DNA of 64,000 nt from the NCBI GenBank assembly GCA_041690395.1, contig JAWLHJ010000005.1:96001-160000 (forward strand), in the 5' to 3' direction. This stretch comes from Longimicrobiales bacterium. Its GTDB lineage: Bacteria; Gemmatimonadota; Gemmatimonadetes; Longimicrobiales; Gaopeijiaceae. How positions within the stretch are numbered: the first letter of the stretch is position 1; every line of letters begins with the position of its first letter. A program made the translations under genes and the position numbers. The notes beneath the pieces were generated by a model. The model was not told the origin of the DNA and searched no databases. It saw only the letters and a list, made by a program, of their open reading frames with translations. Of the stretch, positions 1-9,866 are shown piece by piece.

Positions 1-312
1 CGCTTCGGTCTCCCCGGGATCGTCGATGGCCGCGATATCGAACTCCAGACCGTCCTGGTCGGTCTCCAGGAAGGCGAGAACGTCGAATTCGCCCAGACGC
101 CGTAAGACCGGACCGGCCGCCTCGAATACGCTCCGCATCTCGGGTGTCGCCCCGAGGCCGAGCTGGAGCCGCAGACAGACCGAGGCCACCGCATCGAGAG
201 CTCGCTCGAACCACTCGGTGCGAGCTTCGTCTCCGGCGGAGTCTCGCCACCCCATGGGATCGTCGGCCGCGGGGTCCGTCCGCGCGTCGGAGGGCTGCGG
301 TACCGTGATCAT
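1..312 (-). CDS. Partial CDS (N-terminus only, runs off the window edge); probable signalling protein
   Basis: Not in the ORF track. ATG at 312 overlaps the HDOD stop (ATGA). The frame is open to position 1: MITVPQPSDARTDPAADDPMGW...FERALDAVASVCLRLQ...RRLGEFDVLAFLETDQDGLEF. Confidence 0.6.
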   Translation of the reverse strand, partial: MITVPQPSDARTDPAADDPMGWRDSAGDEARTEWFERALDAVASVCLRLQLGLGATPEMRSVFEAAGPVLRRLGEFDVLAFLETDQDGLEFDIAAIDDPGETEA

Positions 313-1178
313 GCCCCGGGGTCGTCTTCGATGAGTTGGACCACCGCCAGCCACTGCTGCTCCGCGTCGTCGAGCATGCGAGGGACGACGGCGGGATCCA
401 CACCGAGGGTGTCCCAGGCGGACGGCAGGAGCACTGGAGCCGTGATGCGGCCGCTCGAGCCCCAGCCGAGAGCCGAGGCCATGAGGTCCGAGACATGGAC
501 CGTGGCGGTCTCGGTCGGGAAGCGATCGGCTCGCCGGGGGTCGTGGTGGTACCGCACGGCCTCCTCCAGCGCTGCCGGGAAGTTCCACTTCGACAGGAGC
601 TTGCCGCCGACGAGTGCGTGGTCGCAGCCGACATGCGTTCGCTCCGACTCGGTGAGGTCGATGCCTGCGCGCCGGGCTTCGCCGAGGGCTTCACGGATTT
701 CCTCGGCGGCGTGCATCATCATGATCAGACGCCCGATGTCGTGCAGCAGCCCCGCCACCAGGAAGCGCTCGGGGTTGTCCTCTCCCCTGTGACGGGCGAG
801 GACGCGGGCGATCACGCCGCATCCGAGGCTGTGGCTCCAGAACGAGGAGGGGCTGACCAGATCTTCCGGGACGTCGTCGAACATGGAGATGATGGAGGTC
901 GCGGTGGCGAGGTCGCGGATCTGGCTGATGCCCACCACGCGGACCGCCTCGGTGACGGTGTCGACCTTCCAGGGGAGGGAGAACAGGGCCGAGTTGACGA
1001 GCTTGAGCACCCGGGCCGTGAGCGCCTGGTCCTCACTGATCACCCGGCCGATGTCCGCGATGCCGGCGCGGGGATCCGCGATGACCTGCATGAGACGCTG
1101 GTACACCAGGGGCGGGGAGGCGACGGTGGAGGCCGCTTCGATCAGCTCATTCGCTCGGGATACGACGTGGGTACTCAT
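309..1178 (-). CDS. HDOD domain protein
   Basis: DQALTARVLKLVNSALF, FWSHSL, AGLLHDIGRL, DHALVG and YHHDP motifs; ATG at 1178 coupled (ATGA) to the upstream gene's stop. Confidence 0.9.
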   Translation of the reverse strand: MSTHVVSRANELIEAASTVASPPLVYQRLMQVIADPRAGIADIGRVISEDQALTARVLKLVNSALFSLPWKVDTVTEAVRVVGISQIRDLATATSIISMFDDVPEDLVSPSSFWSHSLGCGVIARVLARHRGEDNPERFLVAGLLHDIGRLIMMMHAAEEIREALGEARRAGIDLTESERTHVGCDHALVGGKLLSKWNFPAALEEAVRYHHDPRRADRFPTETATVHVSDLMASALGWGSSGRITAPVLLPSAWDTLGVDPAVVPRMLDDAEQQWLAVVQLIEDDPGA

Positions 1179-1519
1179 CGGTGCGCCTCCGTACGCGCAT
1201 GGAGGCGTTCGGCACCACGCCGGACCGCGTGCGCGTGCAGAGCCACGATCAACGGATGCTCCGGATCGTTGGCCCCCATGCGGCGGTCGACCTCCGCCGT
1301 GGCGAGCTCGACGGTCTCCGGATCCAGATCGAGAGGCTCGGCGACTTGACCGTCGGGCCCCTCGATTTCGATATGGTCGATTCCCCATGTACGAAGCGCC
1401 CGCACGTGTCGCTCGGAGATCTCGCACCCCTCCGGGATCAGCAGACGCCCCCGTCGGTCGAGCACCGGGGCCGTGAGGGTCATGCCCGGGCGGGCAGCTT
1501 CAGCCGCGATTTGGGCCAT
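1175..1519 (-). CDS. Small protein resembling the N-terminal module of HD-GYP/HDOD-associated proteins
   Basis: ARPGMTLTAPVLDRRGRLLIPEGCEISERHVRALRTWGIDHIEI pattern; translationally coupled to the HDOD gene. Confidence 0.65.
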   Translation of the reverse strand: MAQIAAEAARPGMTLTAPVLDRRGRLLIPEGCEISERHVRALRTWGIDHIEIEGPDGQVAEPLDLDPETVELATAEVDRRMGANDPEHPLIVALHAHAVRRGAERLHARTEAHR

Positions 1520-1582
1520 GTGTGCGATCTCGTTCGGTAGGGTCTGTGCGTACCTCGGGATCGAGCTCCCGCCGAGGCCTCT

Positions 1583-3145
1583 TCAATCGTGACGGGTGAG
1601 CCTGTCTTCCACCCGCCTCACGAGCTCAGTGACCTCGAAAGGCTTCGCGAGGAGGGCGTCTGGATCCCAGGCCAACCACTCGGAGATCTGGGGGACGTCC
1701 GCGAAGCCGGAGACGAAGAGCACGGAGGTGCCCGGCTGCTCGGATCGTATCCATCGGGCCAGCTCCGCCCCGTCCATGCCGGGCATCATCACGTCGGTGA
1801 TCACGACGTCGAACGGCGGCTGCGACCCACGAAAGATGCTCATGGCCGACGAAGCGCTCGGAGCAGCCACCACATCATAGCCTCGACGTTTCAGGGCGCG
1901 CTCCATCACGCGGCGTACAGGAGCCTCGTCGTCCACGACCAGGATCCGCGGCTCGCTTCCCCCCTTCGGACCGGGCACATGTCGACCGAGCTCCGGCGGA
2001 AGAGGGGTGGAGTCGCTCCGGTGCAGGGGTAGAAGGATCTTGACCAAGGTGCCGTGCGCAGGGGCGCTGATGACGCTCACGTGGCCTCGAGCCCTGAGCA
2101 CGTGGCCGTACACCGTGGTGAGACCCAGCCCCGCCCCTCGACCCAGGGGCTTCGTCGTGAAGAAGGGGTCGAAGACTCTCCTGCGCGTGTCGGCGTTCAT
2201 ACCGATGCCCGTGTCTCCCACGGCGATTGACACGTAGTCGCCGGGAGGGACAGGGGGATCGTAGTCCATGCCATCCGTATCCTCCGGAGCCGAAACGTTG
2301 GCGGTCTCCAGCACGATTCGGCCTCCTCCCGGCATGGCGTTCCGCGCGTTCTCGACCAGGCTCAATAGCACCTGGGTCATGCGTTCCTGATCGATGCGCA
2401 CGAGGCCCGCGTCCCGGTCGAGCCGCAATACGACGTCCACGCCCTGGCCGGCGATCATACGCAGCGTGCCCACGAGATCCGAGATCAGGTCGGTCAGGCT
2501 CAGCGTCTCGTCACACGACAGCTCCGACCTGCTGAAGACGAGGAGCCGCTCCGTGATCTCTCCGGCGCGTCGCGCGGCGTTCAGGATGTGGGATACGCCG
2601 TCCATCGCGTCGGTGTAATCGCCGGCGAGAAGTTCCTGGGCCTCGCCGATGATGGCCGCCAGCAGGTTGTTGTACTCGTGGGCGATCCCTCCCGCGAATC
2701 GGACCACCGCCTCCATCTTGTGGCTCTGGGTCGACCTCTCTCGATCTTCGCGGGCGCTGGTCACGTCGTCGGCGCTGAACACGACGACCGGTTGCTCCGA
2801 CCCCGGCAACGTCCTCAGGCGTCCTCGCACGCTCACGGTGACATCCATGCCGTCGGCTCGAACGATGTCCAGGTCGAGAGGCTCGCCGACTCCGTTCCCG
2901 AGACGCTCACGGATGACGTCCGCGGCGAGCTCCGGGGCCCGGTGGAACGAGGCCAGGGACATCCCTTCCGCGTCCTCCTCCCCGCGAAGTCCGAGGATTC
3001 CGGCGAGAGCTCGGTTCGCGCTGAGGAGCCTCCCATCCAGGCTCGCGACGCCGATCCCCACGGGTGCCTCTTCCAGCACCGTATCGGCACGCGGTGGGGT
3101 CACGTGGGTCAGAGTCGGGCTCATGAGTTCAGGCTGGAGAGGCAT
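1583..3145 (-). CDS. Hybrid sensor histidine kinase PAS-HisKA-HATPase-REC (CckA-type)
   Basis: H-box GGIAHEYNNLL, N-box LVENARNAM, DTGIGM, PFFTTK, GAGLGL; REC ILVVDDE...VITDVMMP...KPF. Start is 3145 or 3124, not the 3406 in the track. Confidence 0.9.
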   Translation of the reverse strand: MPLQPELMSPTLTHVTPPRADTVLEEAPVGIGVASLDGRLLSANRALAGILGLRGEEDAEGMSLASFHRAPELAADVIRERLGNGVGEPLDLDIVRADGMDVTVSVRGRLRTLPGSEQPVVVFSADDVTSAREDRERSTQSHKMEAVVRFAGGIAHEYNNLLAAIIGEAQELLAGDYTDAMDGVSHILNAARRAGEITERLLVFSRSELSCDETLSLTDLISDLVGTLRMIAGQGVDVVLRLDRDAGLVRIDQERMTQVLLSLVENARNAMPGGGRIVLETANVSAPEDTDGMDYDPPVPPGDYVSIAVGDTGIGMNADTRRRVFDPFFTTKPLGRGAGLGLTTVYGHVLRARGHVSVISAPAHGTLVKILLPLHRSDSTPLPPELGRHVPGPKGGSEPRILVVDDEAPVRRVMERALKRRGYDVVAAPSASSAMSIFRGSQPPFDVVITDVMMPGMDGAELARWIRSEQPGTSVLFVSGFADVPQISEWLAWDPDALLAKPFEVTELVRRVEDRLTRHD

Positions 3146-3236
3146 CGGGCGACGTACGTCGTGGAGTATCGGCAGGACCCCCGGGGCGCTGGAGTCACGA
3201 GGTGCGTGATCACGCTCAGGCCACGGGAGGGGGCGC

Positions 3237-3264
3237 TCAATACCTGTCGATAGGACGTCGATAC
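3237..3264 (+). promoter_or_regulatory. Putative sigma28 (FliA) promoter
   Basis: TCAA-N16-GTCGATAC versus consensus TAAA-N15/16-GCCGATAA. Confidence 0.45.
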
Positions 3265-3272
3265 TGGCCCCC

Positions 3273-5126
3273 ATGACGTGGTTGCGAGCGCACTCTCGTC
3301 CCTCGGTTCGTCCGGTGCCATCTTCGTCCAGCACGCCCGTGTACTCATCTGAAGAGCTGTTCCTGGAATCCCCCGTGCCGACCTTGTTCCTCGGACGTGA
3401 CGGCACGATTCAGGACCTCAATCCCGCTGGGCGGCGCCTGCTCGGGACGTCCCGAGAGCGCATCCTCGGGCGCCCGATTCTGGGCTTCGTGGACGAGGAC
3501 GATCGGCCTCGAGTGCGTGAGTTCTTCCTTCGGGCGCTGAAGGGTCAGACCCGCGAGTGGACCACCCGCCTCCGGCGCGGCGACGGTACGGTGCGCGGAC
3601 AGTGGGTAAAGGCCCTCCCCTCCGTGTCGGGTGGCTCGGTCGCCGGGGCTCTCGTCTTCTGTCGGGACCTCACGGAGTCCGGGGTGGGAAGCCCCGACCG
3701 CGACCAACTCGGGAGCCTGCTCGAGAACCTCCCCGGTCAGTTCACGGCGGTGCTGGGGCCGGATGGAAGGATCCGCTATTCGGCGGGTCTGGCGAGGACC
3801 CACTTCCTTCAGGATACGGAGGCCGTGGGTGTCCCCTATGAGGATCTGCTTGGTGTCGACGATCCCGCGGCGTCGGTGGAAGGGATGTTGAGGGCGGTGT
3901 CGGAGAGCGGGCGTTGGAGTGAGATCCAGTGGCACGCTCGCGTCGACGGGAGCCGACTCCCGGTCAGGGTCTTCGCCTGTCCCTACCTCGATCCCGCGGA
4001 CGGACGTCACATCGGCGTTCTGCTCGCCGGACGTGACATCTCCAGTGAGATGAGCTGGAGGGAGCGTGCCGGGAAGGCCGCGTCTCTCGCAACTGTCGGC
4101 GAGATCTCTCAGAAGGCGGCCGAGGAGATTCGTTCGGGACTGACGATGCTGAAGAATGCCGGCTCCACACCGGACGGGTTCGCCGCCGTCATCGAGCGGA
4201 GCTGCGGCATCGCGGAGGCCATCGAGGAGCTCGCGGGCCTCCCCGTGGGCACGGAGGAAGTCGACCTCTACGACGTCGTGTCGGAAGTCGTCACGGCGCT
4301 CCGGGTTCGTGCCCCCGATACGGGGCCTTCCGTCAAGCTTCACGAGCGCTCCGGAGAGGGGCGCCTCGTAGCGCGGGCGAGCAGAGTGGCCGTGGCCCGG
4401 GCGATCGGGGAGCTGCTGTCCAATGCTCTCGAAGCCACCGCGGCGCTGTCGGGCCCCCCACCCGTCGACGTCTCGGTGGAAGTGTCGGCTCGCAAGGTGG
4501 TCGTCCGGGTGGTGAGCGACCTCTCCGACACGGACCGGGAGGAGCTTCATCGTGCGTTCGAGCCGTTCTTCACCACGAGAGCCGGTCACCTGGGCCTGGG
4601 CTTGAATTTCGTCCGAAGCGTGGCGGTCTCCCACGATGGGCGGGCATGGTCCGAGATCGATGAGGCGGGGCGGGCGGTGTTCGCCATCCAGCTCCCGCTC
4701 TTCGGGGACGGCGCCGCCGGTAGGTTCCGACCGGCTCCTATCTCGGTTTCGCGAGACAGGACTGTGCTCATCGTCGACGACGAGGAGTCCGTCCGCGTCG
4801 CGCTACGACGATTCCTCGGGAAGGTCGGCTTCGAGGTACGGGAGGCGTGGAGCGGCCGCAGCGCTCTCGCTCAGATCACGGCGGGCCGTCCGCCGGAGAT
4901 CCTCCTGACGGACATCCAGATGTCGGACGGAGCAGGGGACTGGCTGCTCGACCAGCTGGCGAGGGATTTCCCGGATCTCCTTCGGAAGACGTTGATCATC
5001 ACGGGCGCGCCCGATGCCCCCGCGGTTCTATCCCTCGCGCGTCGGACCGGTTGCACCGTCGTGCCCAAGCCCCTGGATCTGGCGGGTCTCCTGGAGCTGG
5101 TGGACGAGCTGGCGGTCCGGGACTAG
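3273..5126 (+). CDS. PAS-PAS-degenerate histidine kinase-REC (pseudo-kinase hybrid)
   Basis: Two PAS-like regions; H-box position reads QKAAEEIRSGL (no His); N-box LLSNALEA, FEPFFTT, GLGL; intact REC (VDDE, TDIQM, KPL). Confidence 0.8.
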   Translation: MTWLRAHSRPSVRPVPSSSSTPVYSSEELFLESPVPTLFLGRDGTIQDLNPAGRRLLGTSRERILGRPILGFVDEDDRPRVREFFLRALKGQTREWTTRLRRGDGTVRGQWVKALPSVSGGSVAGALVFCRDLTESGVGSPDRDQLGSLLENLPGQFTAVLGPDGRIRYSAGLARTHFLQDTEAVGVPYEDLLGVDDPAASVEGMLRAVSESGRWSEIQWHARVDGSRLPVRVFACPYLDPADGRHIGVLLAGRDISSEMSWRERAGKAASLATVGEISQKAAEEIRSGLTMLKNAGSTPDGFAAVIERSCGIAEAIEELAGLPVGTEEVDLYDVVSEVVTALRVRAPDTGPSVKLHERSGEGRLVARASRVAVARAIGELLSNALEATAALSGPPPVDVSVEVSARKVVVRVVSDLSDTDREELHRAFEPFFTTRAGHLGLGLNFVRSVAVSHDGRAWSEIDEAGRAVFAIQLPLFGDGAAGRFRPAPISVSRDRTVLIVDDEESVRVALRRFLGKVGFEVREAWSGRSALAQITAGRPPEILLTDIQMSDGAGDWLLDQLARDFPDLLRKTLIITGAPDAPAVLSLARRTGCTVVPKPLDLAGLLELVDELAVRD

Positions 5127-5135
5127 GAGCCTTCC

Positions 5136-5162
5136 TCAACTTCCCGGGCGAAGCGCCGAAAC
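5136..5162 (+). promoter_or_regulatory. Putative sigma28 promoter of the che operon
   Basis: TCAA-N15-GCCGAAAC upstream of cheW. Confidence 0.55.
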
Positions 5163-5252
5163 TTGTCCAGGAAGGCGGAGAGAACGGTCGGCACCGGTGG
5201 GTGGCTGGCCGGCTCGATGACCCATTCAACCTGAAGAGTGAGGCTCGTGGGG

Positions 5253-5768
5253 ATGTCTACGGCTCAAGAAGCGAGCGTGGTTGCGCGAAGGGAGCGAGGC
5301 GGCAAGTACCTCAGCTTCTTCCTCGACCGCGAAGAGTACGGGATCGAGATCCTGAGGGTCCGGGAGATCATCGGCCTGATGCCGATCACGTCGGTGCCCC
5401 GAACCCCGGAGTACCTCCGAGGCGTCATCAATCTGCGGGGCAAGGTGATCCCGATCATCGATCTCCGTCTCAAGTTCGACATGCCGGGCGTCGAGCATAC
5501 GGAAGAGACGTGCATCATCGTCGTTCAGAGCGGGGAGGACTCGGTGGGCGCGGTGGTGGACAAGGTCTCGGAAGTCCTGGACATCACCGACGAGAACATC
5601 GTCGACGCGCCCTCGCTCGGGGCCGACGTGAACACCGACTACATCCTCGGGATCGGGAAGTCCGAGAGCGGCGTCAAGCTGCTCCTGGACATCGACAAGG
5701 TCCTGTCGTCGGTCGAGACCATCAGCATGACCAAGGGGTCCACCGTCGCCGAGATGGCTACGGTCTGA
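5253..5768 (+). CDS. cheW: Chemotaxis coupling protein CheW
   Basis: YLSFFLDREEYGIEILRVREII...VPRTPEYLRGVINLRGKVIPIIDLR. Confidence 0.95.
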   Translation: MSTAQEASVVARRERGGKYLSFFLDREEYGIEILRVREIIGLMPITSVPRTPEYLRGVINLRGKVIPIIDLRLKFDMPGVEHTEETCIIVVQSGEDSVGAVVDKVSEVLDITDENIVDAPSLGADVNTDYILGIGKSESGVKLLLDIDKVLSSVETISMTKGSTVAEMATV

Positions 5769-5810
5769 TCCGGACGGTTCACATCCATCGCATCTCAGGA
5801 GAAGCGGAAA

Positions 5811-7859
5811 ATGTCCCAGCAGGGTAACACTGGACACGAGGGCACACAGACGGCCCGCAGGGAGTACCGTCCCGGCCAGATCAGCGTGACCGACCACTCC
5901 GTGCGTCAGCGCATCGAGTTCAACGGACTCACCGAAGACGACCTCGGCGTCGTGCAGGCGTGGGCGGCCGAATGCGAGGCCGCCCTCGACGGGCTCATCG
6001 ATCGGTTCTACCAGCACGTCGGCCGGAACCCCGTGACCAAGGGGGTATTGGACGAGCACACGACGGTCGCTCAGCAGCGTCCCCGGATCACGGCGTACCT
6101 CAAGACGTTCTTCACGGGCCGCATCGACGACCGGTACGTCGACTACCGACGCGTCGTCGGTGCACGGCACGACGACATCGACCTCGACTCGAGTTGGTAC
6201 GTCGCGATGTACGAGGTGATTCGCGACGGGCTGGTGCAGGCCGTAAAGGGCTCCGGCGCCACCCCCGAGGAGCTGTCGCGCTTCGGCGAAGCCCTCGGCA
6301 GACTCATCCAGGTGGACATCGGGTTGGTGGTCACGGCGCTGACGAACTCCCGCATGGCCAAGATGCAGGTTCTCCAGGCGGAGATCGAAGGGCAGCTCCA
6401 GGCCATCGGCCGCTCCCAGGCCGCCATCGAGTTCGACCTCGAAGGGACGATCCTGACCGCGAACGCGAACTTCCTGTCGGTCATGGGCTACTCCCTCGAC
6501 GAGATCCGGGGCCAGCACCACAGCCTGTTCGTGGATCCGTCGCACGCCGCGAGTCCCGCGTATTCCCAGTTCTGGGCCAAGCTGAACCGTGGTGAGTTCG
6601 AATCCGGTGAGTTCAAGCGTCTCGGCAAGAACGGCAAGGAGGTCTGGATCCAGGCTTCCTACAACCCGGTCATGGGTGCCGATGGCAAGCCGGCGAAGGT
6701 GGTCAAGTACGCCACCGACATCACCGCGCGCCGGTACGCGACGGACCAGATTTCGGAGACCATCGCGTCCCTGGCGGACGGAGACCTCTCGGCACGGGTG
6801 CCGGACGACGTGACCGGCGACTTCGAGGTGGTGGCGCGGTCCCTCAACGAAGCGATCCGCAGCCTCGATTCGAGCCTCGCCCAGGTGGCGGCGGCGGCCG
6901 AGCAGGTGTCGTCCGCTTCCGAGGAGATCAGCAGCGGAAGCCAGTCCCTCGCGCAGAGCACGTCGGAGCAGGCCAGCACGCTCGAGCAGGTCTCGAGCAG
7001 CCTGCAGGAGATGTCCTCGATGACGCAACAGAACACCTCCAACTCCCACGAGGCGAAGAGCCTGTCGGATGCCGCGAGGCAGTTCTCCGACAAGGGAATG
7101 GACTCGATGCGGAGGCTGTCCGAGGCGATGGATCGCATCAAGGCGTCGTCCGATCAGACCGCCAAGATCGTCAAGACCATCGACGAGATCGCGTTCCAGA
7201 CCAACCTGTTGGCCCTCAACGCTGCCGTCGAAGCGGCGCGTGCGGGTGATGCGGGCAAGGGGTTCGCGGTCGTCGCGGAGGAGGTCCGAAACCTCGCCAT
7301 GCGGAGCGCGGAGGCCGCGAAGGACACGGCTCAACTCATCGAGGAGTCGGTGGGCAACGCCGAGGGTGGCGTCGCCTTGAACCAGGAAGTGATGGGCAAT
7401 CTCGAGGAGATCAGCGCGCAGGTTGGCAAGGTCAGCGAAGTCATGGCGGAGATCTCCGCCGCGTCTGAGCAGCAGTCCCAGGGCATCGAGCAGATCACGA
7501 CGGCGGTCGAACAGATGAACCAGGTGACTCAGCAGTCCGCGGCGAACGCCGAGGAGTCGTCCAGCGCCGCGGAGGAGCTCTCCGGGCAGTCGGAGGAAAT
7601 GCGCTCACTCGTGGGGCGCTTCCGGATTACCGGACAGCACGACGGGCACCAGCCGGGCTACGGAAACGCCCCGGTGTATGGAAACCAGGGTGGCTGGCAG
7701 GGCGACGGCGCCCGCCCCGGGCCCGGGGGGCGTGGGCAGAACCGGCCGGGATCCGAGCCCCCCGCACGTCGAAACGGCGCCACGAAGGGCCAGCCGGCCG
7801 GGGTCGGCGCGAGCCGTCTCTTGCCGTTCGACGACGACGCGGCCCTGGGAGACTTCTGA
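5811..7859 (+). CDS. Soluble methyl-accepting chemotaxis protein with sensor globin + PAS + HAMP + MA domains
   Basis: HemAT-like globin ([30 protein letters not shown]), PAS ([17 protein letters not shown]...WIQASYNPV), signalling hairpin [20 protein letters not shown]; no TM segment. Confidence 0.9.
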   Translation: MSQQGNTGHEGTQTARREYRPGQISVTDHSVRQRIEFNGLTEDDLGVVQAWAAECEAALDGLIDRFYQHVGRNPVTKGVLDEHTTVAQQRPRITAYLKTFFTGRIDDRYVDYRRVVGARHDDIDLDSSWYVAMYEVIRDGLVQAVKGSGATPEELSRFGEALGRLIQVDIGLVVTALTNSRMAKMQVLQAEIEGQLQAIGRSQAAIEFDLEGTILTANANFLSVMGYSLDEIRGQHHSLFVDPSHAASPAYSQFWAKLNRGEFESGEFKRLGKNGKEVWIQASYNPVMGADGKPAKVVKYATDITARRYATDQISETIASLADGDLSARVPDDVTGDFEVVARSLNEAIRSLDSSLAQVAAAAEQVSSASEEISSGSQSLAQSTSEQASTLEQVSSSLQEMSSMTQQNTSNSHEAKSLSDAARQFSDKGMDSMRRLSEAMDRIKASSDQTAKIVKTIDEIAFQTNLLALNAAVEAARAGDAGKGFAVVAEEVRNLAMRSAEAAKDTAQLIEESVGNAEGGVALNQEVMGNLEEISAQVGKVSEVMAEISAASEQQSQGIEQITTAVEQMNQVTQQSAANAEESSSAAEELSGQSEEMRSLVGRFRITGQHDGHQPGYGNAPVYGNQGGWQGDGARPGPGGRGQNRPGSEPPARRNGATKGQPAGVGASRLLPFDDDAALGDF

Positions 7860-7990
7860 AGGCATGGTCGGATCCGGTGCGGTGGCCGTGAGCCATCGCG
7901 CCGGACCCGGCGTCTTTCCCGCGAACCGTTCCGAGGGCCTGTGTGTGGCCCCGGGGTGGTCCACCTAATCACGACATCGGGAGTCGCAGC

Positions 7991-8476
7991 ATGACCACGA
8001 ACGGGATGGGCCAGGGGCGAGTGACGCCGGTCGCAGCGCCGGACAGCTGTCCGCTGCGGGCCCACCGTGGTGGCCCGGGCGATGCGGTCCCCGTCCAGGG
8101 TGTCCGACGCTGGCTCCTCATCGCCGTGGGGTGGGCGGCAGTGGTCCTGGGAACCGTCGGGATGTTCGTGCCGCTGCTTCCCACCACCTGCTTTCTCCTG
8201 ACGGCGGCGTGGTGCTTCGGCAGGACGTCGCCGCGCTTCGACCGTTGGCTGCACGAGAATGGCCTGTTCGGTCGCTACCTGACGTCTTACCGAATCGAGC
8301 GCGCCGTACCGGCTCGCATCAAGCATGGCTCGTTGGTCGTGCTCTGGTCCTCGATGGCGGCTACGGTGGTCCTGCTCACCCCTCCGATCTGGCTCCTGCT
8401 GACCCTGCTGGCCATCGCGGTCGCGGTATCCTGGCATGTCGGAGGCCTGCGCTCGCTTCCGGCTCGGTCGTCATGA
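7991..8476 (+). CDS. YbaN/DUF454 family inner membrane protein
   Basis: LGTVGMFVPLLPTTCFLLTAAWCFGRTSPRFDRWL matches the YbaN signature (P.LPTTPF.L.A..CF...S). Confidence 0.8.
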   Translation: MTTNGMGQGRVTPVAAPDSCPLRAHRGGPGDAVPVQGVRRWLLIAVGWAAVVLGTVGMFVPLLPTTCFLLTAAWCFGRTSPRFDRWLHENGLFGRYLTSYRIERAVPARIKHGSLVVLWSSMAATVVLLTPPIWLLLTLLAIAVAVSWHVGGLRSLPARSS

Positions 8477-9300
8477 AGACCGTGGCAGGGCGGCCCGAGT
8501 CGACCACCGATTCCCTCGAAGGCTGCTTCGAGACCATTCGCGACATCCTGTACGAGACCGCGGGCATCGCTCTCAACGAGGCGAAGCGGGAGCTCGTCCA
8601 CTCCAGGCTCACGAAGCGCATTCGGCAGCTCGGTGGCGGGTCCATCAGGGAGTACGTGCGCTTCGTGCAGACCGAGGACGGTCGTGAGGAGCTCACGGAA
8701 ATGGTCGACCTCCTGACCACGAACAAGACGAGCTTCTTCCGAGAGTCAGCGCACTTCGACCTGCTTCGGCGCATTCTGAAGGACCGAGGCACGTCGGGCC
8801 GGGGAATGACGATCTGGAGCGCGGGATGCTCGAGCGGGGAGGAGCCCTACACCCTGGCCATGGTGCTCGCCGAGTGCGGCCTGGCCGCCGGAAGTCGGAT
8901 CCTCGCCACCGACCTCTCGGAGCGTGTCCTCGAGAAGGCACGGGCTGCGGAGTACGACGAGGAGCAGGTTCGACCCGTGCCGGCGCCGACCCGCCAGCGC
9001 TTCCTCGAGAAGGGATCGACGCCTGGCACGTTCGTGGTCTCGGAAGAGCTCGTGAGCATGGTCCGCTTCGGACGCCTGAACCTGATGGGTCCATGGCCGA
9101 TGAAGGGCCCATTCGACCTCATTTTCTGTCGAAACGTCATGATCTACTTCGACGCGCCGACCCGACAGAAGCTGGTGCAGCGCTTCGAAGCGCTCCTGGC
9201 ACCCGGTGGATTTCTCTTCGTGGGGCACTCGGAGAGCCTGACGTCCCTGGAGCATGGCCTGACCTACGTCCAGCCGGCCGTCTACCGGAGATCGGCATGA
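8473..9300 (+). CDS. cheR: Chemotaxis methyltransferase CheR
   Basis: TTNKTSFFRE, IWSAGCSSGEEPY, FDLIFCRNVMIYFD, GHSES; ATGA overlap with the ybaN-like gene. Confidence 0.95.
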   Translation: MKTVAGRPESTTDSLEGCFETIRDILYETAGIALNEAKRELVHSRLTKRIRQLGGGSIREYVRFVQTEDGREELTEMVDLLTTNKTSFFRESAHFDLLRRILKDRGTSGRGMTIWSAGCSSGEEPYTLAMVLAECGLAAGSRILATDLSERVLEKARAAEYDEEQVRPVPAPTRQRFLEKGSTPGTFVVSEELVSMVRFGRLNLMGPWPMKGPFDLIFCRNVMIYFDAPTRQKLVQRFEALLAPGGFLFVGHSESLTSLEHGLTYVQPAVYRRSA

Positions 9301-9845
9301 CCGGGGTGGCCCCCGAAATCTGCTCCACGTCCGCCGAGCCCAGACTCGTCGTGGGGATCGCCGACCTGAAGGTGTCGTCGATCCCGTCGGAGACGCTCGT
9401 GACCTACGCGCTCGGAAGCTGCCTGGGCGTGTGCATCTACGACCCCGAGGCGCGGGTCGCGGGGATGTTGCACGCCATGCTGCCTTCGGGGAGGACGAAC
9501 CCCGACAAGGCCAGGGAAAACCCCGCCCGCTTCATCGATACCGGCGTTCCCGCCCTCTTCAAGGCCGCCTATGCGTTAGGGGCCGTCAAGGAGCGGATCG
9601 TGGTGAAGGTGGCCGGCGGTGCCAGCATGGGCGGCCCCGAGCGGGAGGACGGCTTTCAGATCGGCAAGAGAAACTTCATCGAGCTCAAGAAGATCCTTTG
9701 GCGAAACGGCGTGCTCCTGACGGACCAGGATATCGGAGGGCACATATCCCGCACGGTCTCGTTCAGCGTCGAGACTGGTGAAGTGCGGGTCAAGGCGGGG
9801 GGGAGCGAATACCTCCTCGGTCGCCATTTCCCCCGCCGCGAATAG
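9297..9845 (+). CDS. cheD: Chemoreceptor glutamine deamidase CheD
   Basis: TYALGSCLGV, GMLHAMLP, KVAGGA, IGKRN, DIGG motifs. Confidence 0.93.
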   Translation: MTGVAPEICSTSAEPRLVVGIADLKVSSIPSETLVTYALGSCLGVCIYDPEARVAGMLHAMLPSGRTNPDKARENPARFIDTGVPALFKAAYALGAVKERIVVKVAGGASMGGPEREDGFQIGKRNFIELKKILWRNGVLLTDQDIGGHISRTVSFSVETGEVRVKAGGSEYLLGRHFPRRE

Positions 9846-9866
9846 ATCCCGATCGGAGTGAATACG

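Noticed and set aside
3273..5126. Calling the degenerate kinases (also 46732-47370 and 49205-51037) pseudogenes
   Set aside because: The reading frames are full-length and uninterrupted, and the receiver or H-box residues are selectively retained.
5226..7334. Long antisense ORFs (also 27794-29818, 35218-36801, 22386-23675, 19227-20477 and others)
   Set aside because: They shadow well-supported genes on the opposite strand, have no recognisable motifs, and are expected from GC-rich codon bias.
8131..9845. Long N-terminal extensions on cheR and cheD in the ORF track (also flgC, flhB, flgH, fliD)
   Set aside because: Internal ATGs with stop/start overlaps or an RBS give family-typical lengths, and most of the extensions overlap upstream genes.
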